Of a stretch of DNA of 64,000 nt, positions 27,796 through 41,206 are shown piece by piece. A program made the position numbers and the translations under genes. The stretch is from Octopus vulgaris. Taxonomy: Eukaryota. Positions within the stretch are counted from its first letter, which is position 1. The number at the start of each line of letters is the position of its first letter. Where the stretch lies: positions 18,600,001 through 18,664,000 of the forward strand of contig OX597818.1 in the NCBI GenBank assembly GCA_951406725.2, written 5' to 3'. The notes under the pieces were generated by a model. That model searched no databases. It was not told the DNA's origin and was given only the letters and a program-made list of their open reading frames with translations.

Positions 27796-28514
27796 TCTCT
27801 CACTAAGACAGAGAAGAGGATCGATTTTGTCGTAGCACAAAAAAATATATAAAAGGGAAGCAAGAAACAAAAAAGAAAGAAAATCAATACCGATTTTCCT
27901 GCAGGATATCAAATATTTCATATCTATTGGAAACTACAAGCAAGACACAACACAAACTAAGACGAGAACAAAAGAAAGGAAAAAAGGAAAAAGAAACAAA
28001 GAAGAAAAAATAAAGAATGAGAGAAAGAAGCGAATAAAGAAAGAAAGGCAAACAACAATCTCTGCTCCTCCTTCAAAAGAAAATATAAAAATTAAAATTA
28101 GAATTGAAGAAAAAATAAAGCATCAAAATATTCTTAATACTCATGAAGTAAAATTTAAACTAAAAAATACAAACAACAACGACAACCGCAGCAAATAAAT
28201 AAATATTTAACTGCCGCCATTGCATTCCTTTAAAAATTGAAAAATTGAAGATACTAGCGGAGAGTTTAGAAATAAGCATTGATTTATCAAAATGTAAGAG
28301 TTTCGTGTTTTTAAGTACGATTAACATTAACTCTTGTAGTCTTAGAGAATAAAAGGCCACAGTATGGTGAGTTCATCTTGAGGAAACAAAGGAAGAAGGA
28401 AAACCATAAGGGAAAGAAATAATCGTTGGTAGACTAAGAATGATGGATATAAACGACGTGTGTTTCTCTGATTGCATGCATGTATGTATGTATGTATGTA
28501 TGTATGTATGTATG

Positions 28515-29088
28515 TATGTATGTATGTATGTTTATGTCAGGTTACTTTCGAGTGCTACTGGTAACATGTAACCCAGTACAACCTGTTGCATGGTCGGGTC
28601 GTCGGCGACTAAACCGGCAACCCCACCAAGCTTGCTTGGTGAGGAAGATGTTTATTGGACACTCAGCGGGATGAAAAATAAAACCCGTCAAAGGGCAGAG
28701 GAACTCTTGAGAGTCAACGACCAGCCAGTAAATGTCTTAAGGCTGTATCATGCGCGGGGACATAGAAATAATCGGACTGAGTACTCGATCACGCGGTTAA
28801 ACCATTGGGAGTGAGGGACTCCTAGCCTTTGTTAAGGCATCCTTCTAGGAGAAGGTAACTCAGGTAACTGGGATAACTCCGAAATAAAATCTGCGGCTCA
28901 GTGGTTACCGATGATGTTGACTTGTTCTTCTTTTCAGATTATGGCTGCTGTTGCTTAGTGAGTGGGATTGACTCAGTGCACAGCCTTTCCTCACTATAAA
29001 AAAATCTTCTTGCTCAGGCATTGCACGATAACAACATTGATTAAACTTCGCGCATTGGCCATACTCGATAACGAGGGGGCAGCCACCA
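28515..29088 (+). mobile_element. GC-richer non-coding insert in (TATG)n, probable non-autonomous RTE-derived retroposon
   Basis: Bounded by (TATG)n; ctagcctttgttaaggcatccttctaggagaaggtaactc recalls RTE 5' UTR motifs; single copy in the window. Confidence 0.5.
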
Positions 29089-29974
29089 TGTATGTTTGTA
29101 TATATGTATGTATATATATGTATGTATGTGTGTATGTATGTATGTATGTATGTATGTAATTTATGTATGTATGTATGTATGTATGTATGTATGTATGTGT
29201 CTGTGTGTGTGTTTGTGTATAAGTGAGTAGAGTTTATGTGCGTGCGTTTATGAGTATGTGTATGCGTGTGTGTGTTCGTACATGTACGCACGCGAATCGG
29301 GTGACTGTAAAAGGCAAAATAACAATCTTGTGACAATAAAAATGTTTAAAATGCCCATATAAACGCGTGTATACAGACACACATCCACATACATACACAC
29401 AGAAGTATACATATACATGTATGTTTCTATATACGTATGTGTGTGTATGCGTAGATGTACATATATGTCCATGTGTATATATATATATATATATGCACAC
29501 ATATATCCATGTACCTATACGTGTATGTATGCATATGTATATACACACGCACGCGGCCACACATGCATACACACAGGCGCGCGCGCACACACAAACACAC
29601 ACACACACACTCTCACACACAAACACACACACACACTCTCACACACATATATATTTTTGGTTTAAAGGGATCTATTATGAATCGAAGCATATGAAAATGA
29701 AGCATGCCACAATTAATGGCTGGACAGAATGACGCAAATCAGTCAGTTATGTCATCCATTATAATATTCTGGAATGCATCGACGAAGGGAAGTTCATTGT
29801 TGTTCGGTAATTCGCAGCTCTAATGGTATCCAAAGATTAATGAAATCTTAAGTGTTGCGTAAAAACTTATGAAAGCATGATTATCTGGTATTGCAACAAT
29901 TGTTTCACAATTAGTCTTTATTGCGAGCATAGCTCAGTCAGGTATGCAGTATGCACAGCATCCATGAGATTATA

Positions 29975-30885
29975 TAATGCGTTATGGATCGGAAGTGTGT
30001 TTGGACACAGAAAATAAGCTCCTGTTCCCTTTGAAGCTAAGTGGTGGAGAATGTGGTGATGGATAACTGCCCGGAAGACCGAGAAGTGTTGGTTGGAATG
30101 GACGGCTGCGCGGAAATGGTAAGCGACTGGCGACCTGTTGCCAAGTCGTATTCTCTGTGAAGGCTGTCATCGGCCGTTAGCTCGAAAGCAATAAAATTAC
30201 AGAAGGAACATAAGAACACATATATCAGGTTACCAGAGGTGCAGTGAAAAAAATTTTAATGCGGTGATTGATTTAAGAAAGGGGGCAGCGTTACAGATGT
30301 GTGTGTGTGTGCAGGTATGGCAGCGTGTGCCGGAACAGAAAATGGAACCAGGAATGAACGGGTTGTTGGGGGAAGAAGAACTATATGTGAGGAAGCTGCG
30401 AATTTTGCCAGAACGCTTAAAGGTGGAATTGACGGAAGAAGGAAAAAGCAGGAGGTAACAGGTTCAAAATGTAGGGTGTGGAAGAAGCTGAGGATGGTGC
30501 TTTGTTGGGGCGGCGAGAGGCTGGTGGAATGATAGGTAATGGGAAAAGGAATGCGGTAGGTGGGATTCCGGACGGTGTCGTGAGAGGCGAGGTACGATCA
30601 ATGGCACTGACGCGGGAGATGAGAGATTGAGTAATGGTGGGTGGGAAACCACATAAAATGAAGAGGCAGGTCGTATGTAGGGCCTGGGTGTCAATGTCAT
30701 AATTACTACTGTAGAGGCGTCGTTACTGGGGGAAAAGGGATGTAATTCTTGGTGTGGGTAGAGTGCAAGGAGGAGGAGTCAAGACAGGAATGAGAGTCGT
30801 AGGTTTGTAGAAAACAGTTGTGGAGAGGGTGATGATGGGGTGGACGATGGAGACAGAATGTCGAGGAAATGAATGGAAATGAATG
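29975..30885 (-). pseudogene. Penelope-like RT C-terminus plus GIY-YIG remnant
   Basis: Frameshifted SIHFLDIL...STTVFYKPT/DSHSCLDSSSLHSTHTKNYIPFS...RIPFPITYH...TRCHTC...CTSGNLIYVFLCSFC. Confidence 0.8.
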
Positions 30886-31002
30886 GAGACCGTAAACAAG
30901 AGAGAGAGTGAGAGAGAAAGAGAGAAAAGAGAAAGAGAGAGAGAGAAAGAGAGAGGAAGATAGACAGAGGAAGAGAGAGAGAGAGAGAAAGATAGACAGA
31001 GG

Positions 31003-31063
<61 letters not shown>

Positions 31064-31099
31064 AGGGCTAGAAGACTTGAGAAAATGTAAGAACTGAAA

Positions 31100-31216
31100 T
31101 AATTGTCAAGTTTTTTAAGAAGTGTGGAATTAGCAATGCACCTGATGAGAAGGAAGACCTTCCATTATTTAAAGATAGCGATTCCAGTATTAGTGGCGAC
31201 ATGCTTTTAGACTTTG
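31100..31216 (+). pseudogene. pogo/Tigger-like transposase C-terminal fragment
   Basis: FFKKCGISNAPDEKEDL followed by acidic tail DFDDDESI*. Confidence 0.6.
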
Positions 31217-31274
31217 ACGATGATGAAAGTATTTAAAGAATACCAATGTTTTCCCTCTCTTCTTTACTATGTTT

Positions 31275-31640
31275 TTGTTTTATGTTCAACCGTAGCGCGA
31301 GCTTACATTTTATAAAATGTCTTACGCTTTGTTTTCTCTTGCAATGATATATTACTGTCAGCTATTCATGTTAATTGTAAATGACCTGTTTATCTGTTGC
31401 GATTTCTTGCTTATGTTCAACTGTACTGGTAGCTTGCTATATAAATACAGTAATGTTTTCTGTTATAGCTAAGGTACTTTTGTTTTCTCTTGTAATGTTT
31501 TATTACTGTATGCAGTTCATGTAGGATATTTTAACTATTGTGATTTCCTGCTTTATGTTCAATTGTGCTGGTAGCTTGCCTTTTATGTACATTAATGTTC
31601 TTTGCTTTAGCTAAGCTGCTTCTGTTTCTCTCTTTTAAAT
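31275..31640. repeat. Three degenerate tandem units of about 130-145 bp
   Basis: ttatgttcaa-ctgt...gagctt/tagctt near 31280, 31411 and 31553. Confidence 0.75.
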
Positions 31641-31874
31641 TACAGTATTATTATTAAAATAGTTTTTCCTGCTGTCTTATTTGCACGTTTTGTTCAATCG
31701 TTTTTCTACTATATTCTTTTCAATAAACATTAACTGCTTAAATACACTAAAATATTTTCGACTGAATATTTGCTGCTGAAAACAGGTTACGTCATATATG
31801 CCCATGTGTCTTATATGCCAATGAATACAAAAAGCTACATTACACACACATGCACACGCACACACATGCAGAGG

Positions 31875-31905
<31 letters not shown>

Positions 31906-31919
31906 AATATGATATAATT

Positions 31920-32119
31920 CTTTTGATATAGGAACTAGGTCTGAAATTTTGGTGGAGGAGGCTAGTCGATTACATTGACGCCAGTGCTCATTTTAACGGC
32001 CCGAAATGATGTAAAGCAAATTTGTCCTCGGCAGAATTTGAACTCAGAACGTAAAGGCGGACAAAATGCCATTAAGCATTTTTCCAAGCATGCTAACGAT
32101 TCTGCTAGCTTGCCGCCTT
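31920..32119 (-). mobile_element. SINE family A
   Basis: cctcggcagaatttgaactcagaacgtaa...ctagcttgccgcctt. Confidence 0.85.
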
Positions 32120-32138
32120 CATATATGATATACTATAA

Positions 32139-32411
32139 CAGTGCTTCCCAAAGTGAGTAGTATCTCCCCCCTGGGGGCGGTGGAAAGTTCGAAGGGGGCA
32201 TTGAAAAAAGTGGGGTGATAATGGGGTAGCGATTCATGTAAAAACAACAAAATAATGGGTTTATTTTGCTGTTTTATTTGTGAAATACAGTTGCTTTGAA
32301 TTTGCTTCAGAAAGACGTCTATGTTTGTGGTGGTGAGTTGGAGTGGGGGCGCTAGGAATGCGGCTTGGGTGTCAAGTGGGTGGCAGTCCGAAAAAAATTT
32401 AGGAACCACTG
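32139..32411. mobile_element. hAT (Charlie-like) MITE
   Basis: TIRs cagtgcttcccaaa / tttaggaaccactg; imperfect 8-bp TSD tactataa / taatatga. Confidence 0.8.
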
Positions 32412-32422
32412 TAATATGATAT

Positions 32423-33075
32423 AAAGGCAGCGAGCTGGTTGAATCGTTAGCCCTTTGGACAAATTACTTAGGGGCATTTCTTTTGGCTTTACTTCTTGAA
32501 TTCAAATTCCGGAAAAGTTGATTCTGCCTTTCATACTTTTTGGTCGATAAAGTCAGTACTAATAAGGCGGCGAACTGGCAGAAACGTTAGCACGCTGGGC
32601 GAAATGCTTTGCGGTATTTCGTCTGCCGTTACGTTCTGAGTTCAAATTCCGCCGAGGTCGACTTTGCCTTTCATCCTTTCGGGGTCGATGAATTAAGTAC
32701 CGGTTACGCACTGGTGTCGATGTAATCGACTTAATCCCTTTGTCTGTCCTTGTTTGTCCCCTCTATGTTTAGCCCCTTGCGCGTAATAAAGAAATAGGTA
32801 TTTCGTCTGCCGTTACGTTCTGAGTTCAAATTCCGCCGAGGTCGACTTTGCCTTTCATCCTTTCGGGGTCGATAAATTAAGTACCAGTTACGCACTGGGG
32901 TCGATGTAATCGACTTAATCCCTTCGCCTGTCCTTGTTTGTCCCCTCTATGTTTAGCCCGTTGTGGGCAATAAAGAAATAGATAAAGTCAGTACTAATCG
33001 AGCACTGGCATCGATGTAATCGACCAATCTGCACCCTAAAGTTTCAGGCCTAGTGCCCTATAATGGGCAGATTAA
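32423..33075 (+). mobile_element. Old SINE A interrupted by a young dimeric SINE A (32564-32980)
   Basis: 18-bp TSD gataaagtcagtactaat at 32546-63 and 32981-98; insert is a full unit plus a 5'-truncated unit. Confidence 0.92.
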
Positions 33076-34024
33076 TGTTTGCGTGTGTCTGTTTGAATGT
33101 GTGTGCGCGCGCGTGTAGGTGTGTGTTTGCAACAGATATGTGTATAACATTTCTTACATGCATGATATTAAGATTACGCTACAACGTACGTTTCATGAAC
33201 ACACGCTCGAAAATAAAATGAAATAAAATGTTTGTTGAATGTTTTATTGATGAAAGGTAAGTCATAGAGTGTAAAACATCTAAGAGCTGTTGCTTAGAAA
33301 AGCTACAGGTTTCAGCTTGTTGCACCTTCTCAGTTTGTGTTGTATGACTGAATAATTGATATTATGTCATGGATGAGCAAATCCTAGGTTGGTGTGTGAG
33401 GTTTCTATTGGTTGATGGAAATATGTAAATAGTAGAATCGTAGCACGAAAGTACTCGGCAAACAGAGGGGAGTTTACAGATCTATTTTTCCAATTATATA
33501 AAGGCAACGCTGTCTGAATGCCGACTTATTTATGTAAGCACGTGCATGCATATTTGTATATATATATATATATATATATAAATATATATATCGAGAGAGA
33601 GAGAGAGAGAGAGTGGGAGTGACGGAGAGAGAGTGAGAGAGAAAGTGTGAGGGAGATAAATAGATAGGTATAACATGTAGATAAATAGATAAATAGACAG
33701 ACAGATCAATAGGGAGAGGCGGGAATGGAGAGGGGTAGTGAGGGAAAGAGAGAAAGAGAAAGGTGGGGGGACATCGATGCTTTTGTCTTTCGGGTGTTAA
33801 CTATTTTTTACTGAAGCTAAGATACACTGAAATCATTTAGCTGATTTGATAGCGATCTTGTGATGGCCGTTTATTTCAAATACTGTTATAATTTCAAGAA
33901 AGCCATCAAATGTATATAGTTCCACCAGCTTCATTGTCGCCATATTGAACAATTTGTGCCTTAAGTTAATTTCCAATTTAATCGCTATTAAGAACTGCCA
34001 TAGTTACTCCAACATACTCATTTT

Positions 34025-34440
34025 TCTCTATATATTTCTCTCTCTGTCTCACTCTCATATCTATTGCTCTCACTTTCTCTCTCTCTCTGTCTTGTTCATG
34101 CTCTCTGTCACAGACACAAACGCTCTCCTACACGCTTTCAAAATGTCTGTCGCACCATCTGTATCACTCATTGTCGTTCATCGCAGTTCCCCCTTCTCTC
34201 ATTCTCGTCGCTGTCTGTCTCTCTGTCTCTCTATCTCTCTATCATATCTCTGTCTCAGTCACTTTCTCTTTCTCTCTATCTCTTTTATACTCTCCCTCTC
34301 TCTCACTTACTCTCTCTCACTTACTCTCTCTCTCTCTCTCTCTTTCTCCCTTTCTTTCTTTCTCATTCTCTCTCTCTCTCTTACTCTCTTTCTCTTACTC
34401 TCTTTCTCCTTCTCTCTTTCTATTGCTCGCTCGCTCTCGT
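34025..34440. repeat. Degenerate (CT)n polypyrimidine tract
   Basis: Direct reading. Confidence 0.9.
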
Positions 34441-34870
34441 TTACTATGTCATTTTTTTTGGGCTAATGACGTAATTTCGATTAGCTTCATTAGTGATACC
34501 CTTACTAATTACTTGCAGACAATTTCCAACTAGTAATCTGCTGTGTCTAATTACAATAATTAAATGGATTTCACTTGTATTTGCTGTAATTAATTTAAGG
34601 CAACAAGAATACGAATTTTGGTGTTTGTTTCCGCATATTTTTGCTCTATATTCATTTATTTTCCAGTTTTATTCATTTACTAATTTATTTATTTTGTTTT
34701 TATTTCATATATAATGTTAAATGGATTGCTTATGTAATGTATGGGGTTTATTTATTATCAGATGTCGACGAGTTTAATTATTTATTATAGGGAAACTAGT
34801 TGTGTGTTTACGTATTACAAGGTCGCGGAGGCGTGGGAGTTATTTATCAAAGTGTTAGTTGGATGTGTTA

Positions 34871-34933
<63 letters not shown>

Positions 34934-35271
34934 GTGGAGGAGCATCATAGCCATGTGTTGAGAGGGATTCTTTGGGGTTTGAATGATTCACCTCTGGAAA
35001 CATGGGTGTTTCATTCAACAGCCTTAAACAACCCTTAATCGGGGACATTTTGAGTGGGATGGGTTACCCAACCAGAAGAAAATTCTAACTGGGCCCCACC
35101 CACAAGGTCATGCACTTGTTATCTTGTTATGAGATCACCATGTCGCGCACGTATGGTTGTGATGCATGTGCCTGGTGTACCCTTATCAGACAGGTAGTCA
35201 TGATGGGTATACTGGGCTTCGTATATTTGTACCCCAGTGTCACTTTGATGGCCTACACGGCTCTCTCACTC
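34934..35271 (+). mobile_element. (TAA)n-inserted non-coding retroposon, 5'-truncated copy
   Basis: Homologous to 8078-8417; a further decayed partial copy at 35340-35510. Confidence 0.9.
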
Positions 35272-35309
<38 letters not shown>

Positions 35310-35510
35310 CAACAATAGTAATAATAATAATTCTTACTAGGCCCTCACCTGAAAGAACATGCGCTGTTTAACTTGATATAAGTTCACTATGTTGCGCACA
35401 TGTGGATGTGTGCCTGGGGTATCCTTATCATATGGGGAGTCATGATTGGTATATTGGATTTCGCATAATTGTACACCAATGGCACTTTTATGTCATGCGC
35501 TGCTCTCTCT

Positions 35511-35558
<48 letters not shown>

Positions 35559-35589
35559 CACCACCACCACCACCATCACCACCACCACC

Positions 35590-35633
<44 letters not shown>

Positions 35634-35634
35634 A

Positions 35635-35722
<88 letters not shown>
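35511..35722. repeat. Compound trinucleotide (TAC)n(CAC)n(TAC)n(TAA)n
   Basis: Direct reading. Confidence 0.97.
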
Positions 35723-35727
35723 TTAAT

Positions 35728-35929
35728 CCCTTCTACTAAAGGCACAAGGCCTGACATTTTGGGGGAGGCGACCAGTCGATTACATCGATCCCAGTGTTCA
35801 TCTGGCACTTATTTTATGGAGCCCTAAAGGATGGAAGGCAAAGTCGACCTCCGTGGCATTTGAATTGAGAACATAAAGGACAAAATACCGCTAAGCATTT
35901 TCCCGGCGGCTCTACCACCTCGCCGCCTC
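35728..35929 (-). mobile_element. SINE family A
   Basis: aaggatggaaggcaaagtcgacctccgtggcatttgaa core. Confidence 0.8.
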
Positions 35930-35947
35930 AATAATAATAACAATGAT

Positions 35948-35981
<34 letters not shown>

Positions 35982-36022
35982 GCAGCAGCAACAACAACAA
36001 CAGCAATAACAACAACAACAAA

Positions 36023-36088
<66 letters not shown>

Positions 36089-39000
36089 CATAAACGTTGT
36101 CAGCCTTAGAGGTGACAAAATATCGAAAAAGAGAAGAGAAGAAGAGAAACAGTTTAGATATGACGATCTGAAGTGGGAGTTTTTTTTAAATAATACCAGT
36201 TTTTAAAATAATTTAAGAAACTAAATACATAAAATAACTTTCTAATTATAATTTTAGAAAAGATGACAAAAATCCCGTGCCCACTCGCAGCTGATTTTCT
36301 CCGCTTTACACTCTCATGTTGAATGTAGGACTATTTGGTTGAGTCATGTTCGCCACACTCATCCACATTTATTCCTCTCAGAGAATTCGTTAGGTTAAAA
36401 TAAGAATCATTTCCTTCTCCACTAGCTTTTCGAGATGATCTTGAACAAGCTGATAAGTGCTTTACTGACGTGTAAAATATATGTACACAGGATTTTCAGT
36501 CGCATCCACAACGAAAACCTTTACACCGTACCTTCTCCCTGCAAGAGGAAACGATATGAGCTGTCGGTAAACGTGACAGAGATAAGTGAACTCTCATCGT
36601 GCTGGAGTCTCCGTAGATGCCGCTGTAGAGTCGCTTATCACGAGAATCTTTAGAGCAGACGATGAAATTTGGTCAAACGAAAATCAATGCCAAACACGAC
36701 AGACATGCGTTAATATTTATCAGAGCTCACGTATGCTTTCACTCCAATATTTCACGAATGCTTCCCGGTAAACGTGTATATAACTTCAGCTCAATCTCTA
36801 TCCACTTGTAGGCCCAGACCAAACCTGATCCCTAGAAACTAACTGACCCATCTGTCCCGCGCTCTACGATGCTATTTGATGGCATTGACTTCCTTATCCA
36901 GGAGCTGAGCTGCAATCGTTCAACACGTTTTTCTTCCTCCACGACATTGCGGTGTCGTTACGGTGACGACGTCCTATAACAATCCAAATCCCAGTTGAAA
37001 CGGGATACACTTCTACAAGACCTGTTTCACAAAAGTAGCTTCCGTACATACTTATGTTTCACACTAGAGTCTAGTTTCACACAAGAGTTCGTACATATTT
37101 ATGGAATAAGAGAAAATAATCGTGACGGATTGCATATTTGATACGAAATGTCCTGAAAGTTGGTTCTTTAGTCTGAGAATCGATGTGTTCTAGCCTCTGG
37201 AAGCGGAACCAAAATTGGCTACCTTGAGGAGAGCTACCGAATAATGATAGTCGACTCTTTCGATGTAATTTTTATTGATTCAATTTAATTTGAATACCCT
37301 TGAAGCTGAGTTAATTACCCACCCATTTGACGAAGTATTGCATATGATGAAACTGTCGTGGAGGTACCTGCTCAGAATTGTGCTGGTTGGCGCTTTCTCG
37401 GTAACGCTGCTAACAAATACCAATATATTTGATATCCAAAATGTTAAACAGCTTTCTGCGGAGTTACGTATGGGAAATTATGAATAACACATTACGTTGC
37501 ATTTTTTTTCCTCAGCGGATCACGGAATTGGAAATTCTCCTGTTGCACTGTCCGGATGATCTGAATGCAGTATACTATTTATTAGTGAAATTATAGTGCG
37601 CTTTGCCTATAAACATCTATATTGCTTCGTGATCGGCTACCAAGAATAATAATTATAATACACTAGGAGAGCACAAGTCAAATCAATACAAACAATGCAA
37701 ATGAAAACCATAGCACACAACCAGTTTAAAAGAGGAATGCGTACCATAAACTAATGCAAGAAAATTATACAAAATTGGACGTGCAAAATTATCATCGCAA
37801 TAAAATTCATAAATTACTTCTCGACGAAAATGACAATGGCAAAACATTACTCCTTAATTCACACAAGTAAAATAGGAAAGGCATAAACTGATGAGAAGAT
37901 TATGTTTCTATAATGCATACATATTTATTGCATTCGACACACCTTACGGCCCCTCCAGAAAATACGAAAATATTTTCGTATAAAATTTGGAGAGAAAATA
38001 ACCCTGAAGGAAATTTATATGCCAACAAAGAAGCTAATTTAAGATTAGTCTAAAAGCTAAAAATATAAGTTCTTATTGACAAATGAAATCTTTAAGTAGT
38101 ACAATTATACACATGCAGAATACAAAAGTGATAACAATTCTAGGCACTACACTAATATTATGTAGAATACTTTACTTTCGATATATCACACGTACACAAA
38201 CAAAATATAACTTTGCAAGTACCCAAAACATACTCGGTTGTGCTACGACAGACAATAAAAATAATTCTACTGAAAATAAAAATAAAGACTACAGATGATA
38301 ATGATGATGATGATGATGATGATGTGATGATGATGACGACGATGATGATGACGAGGATGATGATGACGACGATGACAACGAGGACGACAATAACGGGATG
38401 ATATATTTTGCATTAGGCAGTATCCTGGGGGCAATGAACTAAATATTTTCTCCGCTACACACTTACCTGGCAACAGAACTGGTAATTTAAATAAAACGAG
38501 AGCTCGTGAGAAAGCGAGAAAGAACCGAAAAGACAATGGAAACATGAAAAGGAGAGAGAGAGAAAGAAAGACAGAGAGAGAGAGAGAGGGGGAGAGAGGG
38601 AGAGAGAGTAGAAGAGAAGGTTGGAAGGAAAGCTTGGTCGTGCAGCCTCAATATATGTGGAAATTGGCGCGGAGTCTGGTAGTTTTGTGTATTGCCGAGA
38701 TGATGGTAAATTAGATTAAAATACCGCTCTATTTTTGTTGCGCACAAATTCAGTATGCGATGTAGTATGGGATGTTTAGATAGATATCCGATCAATTGTG
38801 GGTTGCATGCTTTTTGTTTCGCAGGTCAATTTTCTGTACACTTCACATTTAATCTTTTGTTTCCTGAAATAAGTTTCAGCACAATGTCCAGAAGTAATCT
38901 AACCCTGAACCTGTCTCGTTTTGTGCAATATGGCAACAAATCAGACATTAACAGCTAATTTTTATGTTTCCATCACCATTGGCAATTATACAAGTAGTAC

Positions 39001-39769
39001 GAAAATATAGATAAAAATAGAAGTTTGCGACTCGATTGAAGTTATTAAATCGTAAGTGGACACAATAGTGCAGGGGTGTGGAACCATTTTTAGTATCGAA
39101 ACTAAATTACAATGATATTAAACCTAAGTGGCTCATCTGTATTAAAAAAAAAGAAGAATGAGTCACTAGGTTTTAACATCCGTATCTATGCAATAAATCT
39201 ATTTATTCTTTGATTCAAAATGTGATTTTCATATAAGGTTTTGGAGGCTCATGTCTTCGAGAATATTTTCAATTATAATTCTGGCAAAATTTCGGCCACA
39301 AATGACAAGTTTTCTCACGTTGCTATAATGAATCGAGCTTATGATGTCCTTATGCAACGAGGAGTCTGACAACTTCGTTCTGATTACAGCCCGTAACAAC
39401 GTCGCTTACCTAAGAAGGACTGCTTAAAACTTTTATGAAGATTACTGTGTTTATGAGTAAATAACGAGACAACATAGTTGTTGCTGCTGTGCTGTAAGTG
39501 CTTTGGTCTAGACCAGGCTTGATTGAGCAAAAGAAACTTCCTATCCAAGACATTCCATATGTGAGTCTTACTTCCTCTGTTAGGATTATACACACTACTT
39601 TATCTAATGTGCTTTTTCCTGCTTAAGATGGTTTGAGGGTAATTCAGTTGCTATTTCAGCAGGTTCGACCAAAATGTTTAGGGTCTCTCACTAAGTGGTT
39701 CTCCCAAATGCCGATAAAATGATCATAGGTATTGCCATACCTGCGGATGCACTTGTAGCTGGCAAAGGG

Positions 39770-40125
39770 CTGGAAAATGTGGAAAATATATAAGTTACTA
39801 AAAGACGAAATAGCAAGAATATGCGCAATGATGAGAGTAACTGTAGAGGCACTCGGAGCACTAATAACCAAGTTCGAGAAATATGTCGGAGAAATTGGAA
39901 TTGACATGAGAGAAGAGCAAGCACAAAAAAAACTGCTCTACTGGGGACAGATAGGATTTTGAGATTGGTACATGGGTGTCAAGTACCTTTTACGATATTT
40001 AACACCTAAGTAGCAAGCCATACAATTTGTAGTAAGAAACCCTGTGAGACCTTTGACAACAGAATGTTGTTCGCTCTCACAGAATTAACCAGAGCAAGTA
40101 AGACCGAGAACTCTGAGAAGTAAAA
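39770..40125 (+). mobile_element. Dong/R4-type LINE 3' fragment (second subfamily)
   Basis: YKLLKDEIARICAMMRVTVEALGALITKFEKYVGEIGIDMREEQAQK then frameshift to LLGTDRILRLV. Confidence 0.7.
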
Positions 40126-40577
40126 TGTAAGGCCTGAAATTTTAAGGATGCGGCTAGTCGAATACATTAGCTACAGTACATGATTGGTAATTATTTCATC
40201 GACCCTGAAAGGAGAAAAGACAAGGTGAATCTTGGCGGAATTTGAACCCAAAACGTAAAGACCAACAAAGTGCCGCTAAGCACGATTCTGCCTGCTCGCC
40301 GCCTACTAATAATAACGGTGGCTGCTCCCGTAAGTTTCGAAGTATGATTGCTTCAAGGAGAGTATTTAAAGAAAAGAGAAGAAAAAAAAGAGAAAGTAAA
40401 AGTGTGGGAAAAGGAAAACAACTATTGAAAACAAAAGAACAAAAGAAGCTGTATATATTTGCGATGGATGTGTGAATGTAATTTGAGTCCAGTGTGGATT
40501 TTGCTAGGAAGTCACAGTGGAGAGACTGATGATTTTAATTTTGCTATTTAAAAAAAAAATTAATAATAATAATAATG

Positions 40578-40647
<70 letters not shown>

Positions 40648-40648
<1 letters not shown>

Positions 40649-40849
40649 CTTTTCTACTAAAAGCATAAAGCTTGAAATTTGACGGGAGAGTACTAGTTGA
40701 CTACATCAGCCCCAGTGTTTCGCTAGTACTTAATTTATCAACCCCGAAAGGCTGAAAGGCAAAGCTGACCTCGGCGGAATTTGAACTCAGAACGTAGCGA
40801 CTGGCGTAATATCGTCCAGCTAGCGATTCTTCCAGCTCGCCGCCTTTTA

Positions 40850-40918
<69 letters not shown>

Positions 40919-40933
40919 TATAATAATAATAAT

Positions 40934-40966
<33 letters not shown>

Positions 40967-41135
40967 TTCTACTAAAAGCATAAAGCTTGAAATTTGGCGG
41001 GAAGGTACTAGTTGACTACATCAGCCCCAGTGTTTCGCTAGTACTTAAATTATTAACCCCGAAAGGATGAAAGGCAAAGCTGACCTCGGCGGAATTTGAA
41101 CTCAGAACGTAGCGACTGGCGTAACATCGTCCAGC
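40648..41135 (-). mobile_element. Two tandem SINE A copies in (TAA)n, locally duplicated
   Basis: 40648-40847 and 40962-41135 near-identical and share the same internal deletion (cgtagcgactggcgtaa.atcgtccagc); another copy at 40128-40303. Confidence 0.88.

Positions 41136-41204
<69 letters not shown>

Positions 41205-41206
<2 letters not shown>

Noticed and set aside
31141-31165. ctgatgag as hammerhead core
   Set aside because: No GAAA or stem III follows; it lies within pogo-like coding sequence.
32564-32660. tRNA gene
   Set aside because: A/B-box-like head of a multicopy SINE; no cloverleaf.
33284-33335. Decayed hammerhead-like motifs here (minus) and at 56784-56816 (plus)
   Set aside because: Core deletions or substitutions and no convincing stem I; may be relics but not supportable individually.
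36450-36960. RTE-like RT remnant on minus
   Set aside because: Composition is suggestive but no clear motif could be read.
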